A DNA stretch of 64,000 nucleotides from Octopus sinensis (taxonomy: Eukaryota), in NCBI RefSeq assembly GCF_006345805.1, contig NC_042999.1, positions 122,946,001 through 123,010,000 of the forward strand. The letters run 5' to 3'. This document shows positions 53,641 through 64,000 of this stretch, piece by piece. The notes under the pieces are model-generated. The model was not told the DNA's origin. It saw only the letters and a list, made by a program, of their open reading frames with translations, and made no database searches. The stretch's first letter is position 1. Each line of letters opens with the position of its first letter. Made by a program: the position numbers and the translations under genes.

Positions 53641-55409
53641 CATTGACTTGTTACATTAACACAAGTCTACAAACTTGCTGGGGAGGTGTTTAATCAATTG
53701 ACAGAGATTAATGTTGTGCTCATATTGTCAGTAGAAGAGGAAATTATCTTTATGGTCTTGTATTTCTGATTGCTGCACACACACTGTGTGTGTTGTATTT
53801 CATCTTTGTTCTTCACTCTGCTTTTTTTTTTTCTTCCTTTATGGTTAAGAAAAATGTAGCTACAATAGCTTTACATGAACATATTGATTTATAATTCTAC
53901 CAAACTAGTAATATTAACACACCTTTTTGTGCATATATGTGTATGTCTGTATAAATATATATGAAGATAACATTGATTACTCCAGCATTAAGTATTTTTT
54001 GGAGTTGTTTGCTTTGCTCTACTCTTTGTTGCTTTCTTTCAAGAATTTTTTAAAAACTACATGTCCATAACATCTCAGTATCACTTTGTCTTCTTATTCT
54101 TATAGGCCTTTCAATGAAAAATCTATATAATATTAGTTGACTGCATTAGAAACCAATAATGTACTGGGAGAATTTTCATTTGACAATGCATATCCTCTTG
54201 TAAATATGTGGCCTTGTATCAATTTAAGAAATCAATTTTATTTTATGAGGACCAATATTGTAGAAATAGCAGGGTGTTGTACCTTTACATTCTTCCTTCA
54301 CATCTTACAGGTGTCACTGGAATCAATGCAATTTTTAATTCTGTGCTCATGTGAATAATTTTAGTTGTTGGCAGACTTATAAGGGTATTGTTAAAAATAT
54401 ACACCCTGAATTTCAGGTCATAATTCTATGTTAGAAATAGTTGTTATACATCAATCAAAATAGATGACATGAACACATTTTTAAAATTATCCTCTTATAT
54501 TAATATAAAATAATTTACAATGCAAAGAAATAGATTTCATATTTACTTAGAATATATTTTCTGAAAAGCACAAATAATGAAACCATGAATTTCTTTTAAT
54601 TGGGAATGTTTTGAGAATTGAATAATAAATTGTAACTGTTTATATAAGATTGGTTCTACTAGAAAAACTATTGTTTATTCTTTTATTTCAATATACTGCT
54701 TTTAATATCATTAAATGTTTAGGTGTTGGCCTTGCAATTATTTGTGAGAAAATTTTGGGTTTGTTTATTTAAAGTTTTGCTGTTTTTTAAAATTTTTATT
54801 AAAATATTAACCCTATTTGTCAATTTTATATAGATTTCTATTGATCATTGTAACATGGATTACAATAATAAGGATGTTGCAATGGATTTTGTTCATTGTG
54901 TATTCGAATGATTGTACTGTGAATCAACAGAAAGAATTAGGAACAGCTTGAAAGAAGTTGTTCTAACATTCTTTGTAAATATGCATTGGAATAAACCATC
55001 AAAAACTGAATCAACAATGGTGCAACAGCTGCCATTAATAATTTCAAATATTTTCTCATTTGGAAAAATTTAAATTATGTTCTTAAATGTACTAGCTTTA
55101 TGGAGTGGTCATTGAATTAGCAACTTGTGCTTCTTTTGAATAACTTCTAATCTTTGTTAACAAGATTCTAATTAAAAGTTAACAAAGTCCAAACATCAGA
55201 ATTCATACATTATCCTTTAAGTTGCAGCTGTAGAGAGAATAAAGGATGAATTAAATTTCAAATCTTGTAAAAACGCACTCATTGATTATCTTCTTTAAGA
55301 GGGAGTGTTGCATTATTAATCATCTGTAGAATCATTTGAATACTACTTCTAACTGTATCTAAACTTTATATTTTTGGCATACTCTATCACATCATTTAAT
55401 GTTATTAGG

Positions 55410-55660
55410 GATGTTTTCTAGGGGTACTTAAAGGTCACAAGTTCAAACCCTTCACCAGAGACAAAGTTGTGTAATTATGGTAGGTACGTTACCTTGTATG
55501 CCTCAGTTGAGCTTGCTGAAATTAGATACCACTCCCATTTTATGGCTGAGTTATCAACATTAGGAAGGGCTTCCAGGCATAAAATAGCTTCACCAAGATA
55601 TCATTAAAATATCTTCATTTTCAGAATCCTCCAGCACCTGCTAGTTTATGGAATGTTTGT
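55410..55660 (+). mobile_element. Old decayed SINE-like remnant
   Basis: B-box-like AAGTTCAAACCC and TTAGGAAGGGCTTCCAG, the latter similar to the (GAT)n-tail family. Confidence 0.35.
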
Positions 55661-55832
55661 AATTTTAATTTTTTTTTTCTTTTTTCACATTAAAGACTAG
55701 CTAGAATTGTGGGTAAGTTCACTTAGTCATAGATTATCTTTAAGTGACTGTCTTGAAAACTGGTTTTAAGTATTGTGTTCAATAAAAAAAAAAATTGGAT
55801 TTCTTTGATACGATACAGAAAGTAATGCAAAA

Positions 55833-56053
55833 CCCTCTAGCATTCATATTACTCTGTCAAATTTAATGCTTATTTATTCACATTATTTTGAATTAGTCAT
55901 GCATTATCTCATACCTTTGAGATTTCGATAGTGGGATTGTTTTATTTTTAGAATTGCATTGTAGGCTAGGTATAAGAAGCCAAATCTGACTCATTTGAAC
56001 ATAAAACAAATAGAATATTAGGGCTGGATATGACTGGTTTGAATGTTAAAGGA
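55833..56053. mobile_element. piggyBac-type MITE, decayed
   Basis: Imperfect TIRs CCCTCTAGCATTC / GAATGTTAAAGGA. TTAA present on the right (56054-56057), mutated on the left. Confidence 0.7.
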
Positions 56054-57209
56054 TTAATGTACTGGAAGTAATAGCATAGAGCTTAGGATTAATGTTTTCT
56101 TCATCAACCATTGAATGTCCACACTAAGCATATATTTTCATTCTTTGTCTTTCCATTTTACTTATTTTCACTTTTATTTAATTGATGATGATGATGAATT
56201 TATTTTCATTTTGTATACTTTTCCTAATTACCAAAGAATAACTTCTACGTAGTTCTATTTTAAGCAATATTTTTATCTTTTCCTCACAGAAATTGCTTGA
56301 TTTATTCTAATTATACTAATTTGTATGTTTCATATGAAATAAATTTCGCCTTGAAGATTGTAATTTAATTTATTAAATGGACTTAGAAAAAACATTATAT
56401 TTATCTTTTATTTTCCTTACTTAAACAAATGTATATATAATTTACTGCTAATTTGTTGATTAACAAATCTTAAAGAAGTTCATTTTTCAAAAAAATATAT
56501 AAATCTAAAAGTACCACTTCATTTGGATGAATTATGGGAAATTATGTTTAAGTTAATAATTTATTTCAAATTTTCTCTGGAAAAAAATTGCTGTTAAACT
56601 TTGAGAAATGATTAGGGAAAATTTTCATTCATATTTTGTTGCATTTTTTGTAAAATACATTTTTAAATTAATTTATTAAGAAAATGAAATCAGTTTGAAG
56701 TATTAGCTGCCATTTATTAGCTGAACAATACATTCTTGCATATTAGTTAATCCAGAAAACAGTAAATGACTTTCTATTATTTAACTATGTGCTCCATTAC
56801 TTTCATTTTTACTCTGGTCATTTCACTAATGTCCAGTTGTAAACTGTTGTTAATTGTTTAGACCAGAGGTTCTCTACCACAGTGTCATGGGCTATTACTG
56901 TCCATATATATTGGAAACTAATCAACTTCCTCAGTTTATGCCCACACAATTGTCTGTAGATGTTATCTTGTCATACCTAGTAAGGAAGTTTAAAGTTATT
57001 GCTACTTTACCATTGTTTTTTGTTGTTTTTCCTTCCCTTTTTTTTCACTTCAAAAATTGTGTTGGTAAACTAAATATTACCTGAAATGAAATAACTTTCT
57101 CAAGTAGTTAGAAAAAATACAAAATGAAAAAAATAGTTGTAGTTTAGCTTTGATCTATGGAGTTGATCTATGGTCAAAAGCATTCCACTGGTGACTTTCT
57201 TATTTTGTA

Positions 57210-58392
57210 CAGGGTGCATCAGGTATTTGAGGACATGCTTTTTTTGAGTCATTGCTGTATTTTTTGCTAACTCTGTATAATTTTTGTTTCAGAAAATAGT
57301 AATGGCAGACCCTCAGCTTACTAAAGAAATGAAGAGGCATGCTGTTATTGTGGTTATAAAGGCTGAGCATAGTGATTTAGAAATATCTCGAGTTTTAAAA
57401 AATTGCTAGATCTTTCGTTTACAAAGTTTGTAAGGAGTTAGAGACTGAAGTTGAAAAAGTATTACCAGTATCAAAGCACAAAAAGCATTATAAAGGTTCT
57501 GAAATCATCAGAACACATGAATTTATCCAGCAAGTTCAACAGACCATTGATTACAATCCCAGGAAGTCCATGAGGTCAAGTGCAAAAGATCTCCATATGT
57601 CAGAAGGAAGAGTCAGAAATGTTGTCCACGAAGGCATCAGATATAAGTCTTATATGATGAGGAAATGTCATTTTGCCTCAAAAAGCGAAAGAAAATCACT
57701 TCATCAGATCTAAAAGGCTCTTAAACAAACTGAAAAATCCAGCAGAAGATTTGATTTGGTTTTTCTCAAACGAATAAAACTTCGAGCGAGATCAAAAAGT
57801 TAAGAGAAGAAATGACAGATGGTTATATGCAGACCCTTCTGAAGTTCCAAGTGTTATGCATACAAACTTTCCTGCAACTGTCATGGTTTAGGAGTTGTCA
57901 GCAATGAAGGACATGTGATGTCTCCTTACTTCTATCTACAAGGCCTACATTGAGGTCCTGGAAATAATTGTTGAGCCCTGGATAGACAGTGTATGCAATG
58001 GAAGCCCATATGTGTTTCAGTAAGACTCTGAACTTTCACACATGAATCTAGTAACACAGGAATGGATGGTTGAAAATTTTCATGATCACATAACCCCTAA
58101 CATTTGGCTTCCTAATTCCTCAGATCTTGATCCATTGGAGTATTACATGTGGAGTGTTGTTGAGAGAGAGGTCACTGAACATGCCCATAACACCAAAGAT
58201 TCTATGAAAGCTGCCATAGTCAGAGTAATGTCCAAAATGAACCAGGATCACTTGATTCGAGCATGTAGATGATTTAGATCTCGTATAGCAGCAGCTGTTG
58301 AAGCATTTTTTGATAACTAAAGTTGTTATCTGTTATTATATATCTGTTTTTTTATAAACATAAATCAGTCCTCAAATATCTTGCACACCTTG
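57210..58392 (+). mobile_element. Tc1/mariner superfamily transposon, DD37D (maT)-like, inactive
   Basis: TA on both sides. 25-bp imperfect TIRs CAGGGTGCATCAGGTATTTGAGGAC / GTCCTCAAATATCTTGCACACCTTG. Transposase from ATG 57302 with FFSNE, VFQ*D and WLPNSSDLDPLEYY motifs; 37 residues between the last two acidic positions; stops and frameshifts. Confidence 0.92.
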
Positions 58393-58854
58393 TATATATA
58401 AGACTACATCAGCCGATGTGGCCTTTTCATTTTCTGAGAGAGTAAGGAGATTTGGCTGTTATTTCTAGTGGGTTGATTAATTATTCAGGAGGTTTTTTGG
58501 TACCACATTAAAAATCTGTGGTAGAAAATAAAATGACATTTATATCATGCGTAACCAAGCTGTAACTGAATATCTACCTCATTTCCAGTTGTAATTTTCA
58601 GATATGACTTTTAGCAACTTATCTTCAACTGAGAGATAAGCTCCTAGTCACTGCATATATCCTGATGATTACACTTTGGAAAAGTATGAATTAACTTATT
58701 TTCCTTTCCTTTTCTGCTTATAAATCTGTGCACTTAAGCCTTAATCAGAAATTGAAATGTTATCATAATTTATGAAAATTTCAAAACATTTTAATTTCAA
58801 GTGTTAATTTACTTTGTTAAGGTGTTAGAAATATATATATATACATATATATAT

Positions 58855-59272
58855 ATAATTGAAAACATCTGGAGTCAGCAGGAGGGAGTATGGATGGACA
58901 CTTATTTTTCAATCACTACAATTGTTTCTATGCAACATGGAGTGCAAGTAATTGATTATGCAACTGTTTCCCTGCATTATGAGATCTAGTTGTGTTTTCT
59001 CAGGTGACATGTAAATATTGTCTCTGTAAGTTCAAATTCTCAACTTTAAGAACATCCTCTCTGTCTGTTGTGGCCTGAATTTAGTTATAGTCACTGAGAC
59101 AATATTTACATATCTCCTGAGGAAACACAACTAGATCTCATAGTGCAGGGAAATGGTTGCATAATGGAGTACCTGCATATCTGGAGAACTATGTTGCATA
59201 GAAACAATTGTATTGACTGAAAAATAAATGTCCAACAGTACTCTTTGTTGACTCCAAATTTTTTTCCATTAT
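58855..59272. mobile_element. Foldback/MITE-like element with long imperfect inverted arms
   Basis: 58855-59027 and 59093-59272 are diverged reverse complements (e.g. ACAATTGTTTCTATGCAACAT / ATGTTGCATAGAAACAATTGT and GAGATCTAGTTGTGTTT / AAACACAACTAGATCTC). Spacer about 65 bp. Confidence 0.85.
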
Positions 59273-61320
59273 CTTTTCACACATGACATATGCCCAAATG
59301 CAAGCCTAGAAGTATGTATAATACTGGATAGCACAGGGTGAAATGTTAAGGTGGATGAGCTTTATACTGTACTCTACTATATTCTTAACAGAATATACCA
59401 TAACTATATATATATATGTGATATATATATATATAATTTAACTTTCTGATACTAAGCTGCTATTCATTTCAGTATTGTTTCAGTTGTTAATATTTCAATA
59501 ATTTTTAGAAATCCATCACATATCTTTAGTTTTTTAAATCGAATTTTTGTTACATACTAATGAATCAAATTAAATCTCTTGAGATTATCAAAGACTTTCA
59601 AGATTTTGCAGTCGTTTTATTTTGCTTTTTCTATTTTGAATGATGATAATGCTTATGATGATGGTAGATCAAAATGATACTTGTTGAAAATGATCAAATA
59701 ATTAAAGTAAAATTTTCATCAAATAAGGCTGCTTTTTAAAACAAAATTCACATTGTGTAATTAAATTGCACAACTTTCAATTGAATTGGTTGTAACTTTA
59801 TCATCAAATGTGTATATATAAATAAGAATGATATAGTAATATATGTGCAACAGTAATTTGTTCTTAGATATGACATGAAGCATTGTTGTGTGTGCACATG
59901 CATATATTAATATATTGATTCTTACTAGGTAGAAGTAGACAGCAACTTTGAAGTTTCCTTTCAGTTGCCTTCATTAGACAGTGTGAAGCAAAGCATCTGA
60001 GGTGAAACTCTGAAGTTCTGTCAACTATTTTCCCTGTAAAAGTAAATGTAATACTCAACTTAAGTGTATCAAGCCATTCTTCAGATAGTGTTTGACTACT
60101 TTTGTAAATAATTATACATTTAGACACACACATGCTTAGTTACATAAGTGCATGGGAGAGTAGTTTTCTAGGTGCAATCCCATGGTCTGTGTCGTGACTG
60201 AAGGGGGTCTCAGAATTGAAACGTTAATATCCTGTATAAAAGTACTGAGAATGGGGAACGTGTGTATGTGTGTGTGTTTGTACGTTCATGTATTTTTGGG
60301 ATTTGTAACCTTGGCTTCTTTTGCATCACAGTTTCATACATTCCACTGAAAAACTAAATGCATTTGACAAAATGCTCTTGTAACAGAAAACAGTATCTCT
60401 TAGTACTCCAAACTTCTGCTTCTCATTGAAATATATAAGATTACCTATTATCTGTGTGAGAGTATTTAATAATGTTAATTGACTATTCAAGCAGAAAAGG
60501 TTGTTTTTAAATCAATAATAACATTGTGAATTCATACATGTTTCCTATAAAATAGGGCAGCATGCTGAGAAAGAATGCTTGGGTAAGTTGAACAGTGCAT
60601 GCTCAGCAGACATTATTGTCTGAGCTATTAGTTTAATTTGGATGTAATGAGGGCAAAAAGACTGATGCATTGAATGTCACCAGACAAGGCTTTTATAATA
60701 CAATTTAGTGCTTCACTTACTGTTTTATGAGAGAGACTTGGTCTTTATTTATTACCAGAAAATTTGTGTAAACAAGTGAGATTTATCTAAAATTTTAATT
60801 GCACAGGGTATCTTGAAGTGCAATTACAAATTTGTTTACTGCATCTTTTTTTTTTTGTATTATAAGCACTGAATTGGTAGGAAATCAGAATCAATGATTT
60901 TCAGAGAGTTTTAGAAGGATCATTAGTTGAGGAAATTTTTGTTTCATGAAAAGATGTGCATAAAAGTAGTCAAAAGAAATTTGGTTGTAAAAAAAAAAAT
61001 GTAAATAATGTGCTTAATGGGTATTGATCCATAAAATTTCTCTATGAGCTGATTATATTCTTTTAATTGAAATAGGTATCTTAAAGTTTTTGAAAATAGA
61101 AAATCTAAAAAAAAGAAAGAAAAACAAGAAAACAGTGTCTTATTACACTTTGAGGAGAAACTATATTGCACTGATGTTTTTGCAAATATAAATAACCACT
61201 GGTAACATCTGCAAGTATTAGGGCTTATCAGAAAAAATAAACTGCTATTGTGTAAACTGTAAGAAATACAAAATCTTTCATTTTTTGATAATTTCATTAT
61301 TTGAAAAAACTATTATTATT

Positions 61321-62418
61321 AGGCAGCAAACTGGCAGAATTGATAGTACACCAGACAATATGCTTCAGGAATTTCATCTGTCTTTTCATTTCTGAGTTCA
61401 AATGCTGCCAGGGTTGACTTTGCCTTTCATCCTTTCGGGGGTTGATAAAATAAGTACCAGTTGAGTACTGGTGTTGATGTAACCAACTTACCCTCTCCCC
61501 TGAATTTGCTGGGCTTATGCCAAAAATTGAAACCATTATTACTATTATTATTATCATTATTATTAGCATTGATATTATGTGATGAGCTGGCAGAGTCGTT
61601 AGCATGGTGGGCAAAATGGTTAGCAGTATTTCATCTCGCTTCATGTTCTGAGTTCCAATTCTGCCAAAGTTGACTTTTATTTTCATCCCTTGGTGGGGGG
61701 GGGGAGACGATAAAATAAATACTAGTTGTACTGGAGTCAATGTAATCAATTTATCCCCTCCTGCGAACTTGCTGGCCTTGTGCCAAAATTTGAAATGATT
61801 ATTATCATCAAGGTGGTGATATGGCAGAATCATTAGCAAGCCAGACAAAATTTTTAGCAGGATTTTGTTCATCATTATGTTCTGAGTTTAAATTCTGCTG
61901 AGATTGACTTTGCCTTTTGTCCTTTCAAGGTCAATAAAATAAGTATCAGCCAACTACTGAGTCAGTGTAATGAAGTAGCCTTCTCCCCGCAAATTTCACA
62001 CCTTGTGCCTATAGCACAGAGGATTATTATTATTGAAAGAAGTGCACTGGTAGATGTGTTAGCATGCCAGACAAAATGTTATGCGGCATTTGTTCCAGCA
62101 TCACGTTCTGGGTCCAAATTCCATTTAGGTTGACCTTGCTTTTCATCATTTCAGGGTTGATAAAATAAATCCTAGTTCAGCATTGGGGTCGATGTAATTG
62201 ACTCTGCCTCTCCTCTGAGAATTTGAAACCATTATTATTATGTAAAGTAGTGAGCGAGCAGATCATTAGCATGTCAGACAAAATCCTTGTCTGTCTTCAT
62301 GTTTTACCTTCAAATTCTGCTGAGGTTGATTTTAGCCTTTTGTCTATTCAGAAATTCAGCTAGAACCCCTCCCACCAAAATTTCGGGCCTTGTGCATATA
62401 GTAGAATGAATTAATATT
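61321..62418 (+). mobile_element. Tandem array of five same-orientation tRNA-SINEs (Meta-domain-like core)
   Basis: Copies start at about 61321, 61578, 61810, 62035 and 62243. Each has a CTGGCAGAA-like head and GTTCAAATTC/TTGACTTTGCCTTT core, and they are separated by (ATT)n tails. Confidence 0.88.
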
Positions 62419-64000
62419 TTTAATCTTGTTTGTTCTACAATATTATCTTGTAGTGAAGAGCTTGTTTGTCTTAAGGCCTTTAAAGAAATTATGATCAGGA
62501 TCTTGGTTCCAGGCTGGTTGAATCAAGTCAAGCGTATTTTAGATTAGTGGTCTGAAAACTCAGCAAATGTTTCCTCTAATGTTTAGCATGATGCTGACAA
62601 CTCTACTCCTTAAAAACAATGTTATATGAAGTATAGCACAGTAAGCACAGTCTTGGTAAGATGTCCTTTATAAAGTATTTACATACTTATTGCAAGAAGA
62701 ATAATACTTTATGGTCAGGAATCTTTGCCTTGATCCTTATAGTTCAGTAGAAACTTTCATCCATCTTCAAACAGGATAATAAAGTGACTTGTTTCTGAAG
62801 GTTTAGGAAACAGCTGGCCTTTTCTATTAATGGATTCACTGACTTAAGAAGGTATTTGCTTGATATTACTCATTGATCTGCTTTCTTACAGACCATATTG
62901 ACTTTAAGTTATAGAATTATCTATATGTTTCAACTGTTGCTTGATTTAAACAAGCTGCTGCTGTTGTAATTTCCAAACATGCAGCCATAGTTGCCAGTAG
63001 TTTGGTGAGGAATGAGTTTAATGAAGTCAGTAATATGTGGAAGAGTATCAGAAAAGCTTAAAATAATTAAAATATTATGTAACATTAATGTTTGGAATCT
63101 ATTCTTAGTATTATGGCATTTAGCATATTTAATGGCTTTATACTTTCTTTATCTTCATTAGACTTTGTTTTTACTTAAACTCTGAGTGTTCTTTATATCG
63201 TATTCAAAATTTCTTAATCTCTGACTAGGAGTTTCATTTTCAGAACTTCAGTTAATATTTAGGTGTGGATATGCAAGTTACACGAATATGATAATCATAT
63301 AACTTTCATTTAGGATTTAAAACTCATATACACACACATAGTTTTTATGATTGAATAGTCTTATAAAGTTAAATAAATTACTTCAAATTTTAGATCTTAA
63401 ACGAAAATTTGCAAATTAATCTGGATACAGCTAATTGCTTATATGTATATATGAAAATGTTACTACACTAGATTCATGTCTGCATCTACAATTTAACTAC
63501 TGGTTCAGATATTTCATATTAAACAATTATATGTATTTCAAGCTTCTATGTCTGGCCATTGAAGGATGGGATTCATTAAGTGGGCTTTATCATTTTTACA
63601 ACACTTCAGCAGTTCGCAGTTCTTCAACAACCTGACAAAAGCTACTGGCTATTTTCAGTTATATCTTTGAAACCTGCATTCTGGTAATGGAACAGTCAGT
63701 ATGCCTTAATTATCATACTCATAACTTTTTTAGATAATTATATAGTTTCTTTTATTCTTTCGTCTTATTAATTTGCAGCCAAAGTGAATGATAGATGTGA
63801 GACATCATTAAGGACAACACAACTAGATTATTACTTTCTCCTTGCACTCTATTGGCTTTATGATGATTGTTCCTCAATAGAAATAAATAAATGTGGTGCC
63901 ATAATTTTCTTACTCAGCTAACATCGATTATTGAGGAGTTAAATAGTGGCTTTTCTTTAACTTAGCCTTTACTATTTTACCTAACATTTTTTCCATGGAG

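Noticed and set aside
60195-60230. CTGAAGG...GAAACGTTA hammerhead-like string
   Set aside because: Core has G instead of A9, and neither stem I nor stem II pairs.

Overview
AT-rich eukaryotic genomic DNA, very probably an octopus (coleoid cephalopod). This rests on my recognition of the SINE and MITE families from memory, not on a search. I found no confidently identifiable host protein-coding exon. Bases 1-7.3 kb are CpG-retaining unique sequence, possibly a promoter or 5' region. Bases 9-16.5 kb and 50.7-64 kb are CpG-depleted, G+T-skewed and intron-like. Between them (16.9-50.7 kb) is a nest of transposable elements embedded in very long (TA)n/(TATG)n arrays. The nest holds seven pieces of at least two CR1-clade LINE families (two copies keep ORF1 and ORF2), a non-autonomous Helitron, several SINEs, a 5S rRNA-derived sequence joined to a SINE body, a 105-bp inverted repeat and a 314-bp zero-spacer palindrome. 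Outside the nest are a decayed DD37D/maT-like mariner, two piggyBac-type MITEs, a foldback element and a tandem array of five SINEs. Best leads: (1) three minimal type I hammerhead ribozyme motifs of the Penelope-like-element kind, two of them head-to-head in the palindrome; (2) a CR1 ORF1 with an apparent Myb/SANT-like plus CCCH zinc-finger architecture; (3) a conserved U UUU UUG site where the ORF2 frame opens in -1, suggesting ribosomal frameshifting; (4) a possible 5S-headed SINE chimera. Almost all long ORFs in the supplied track ([12 protein letters not shown] type) are microsatellite translations. Homopolymer indels and noisy TA arrays suggest a long-read consensus of limited accuracy, so palindromes, duplications and frameshifts need read-level validation.
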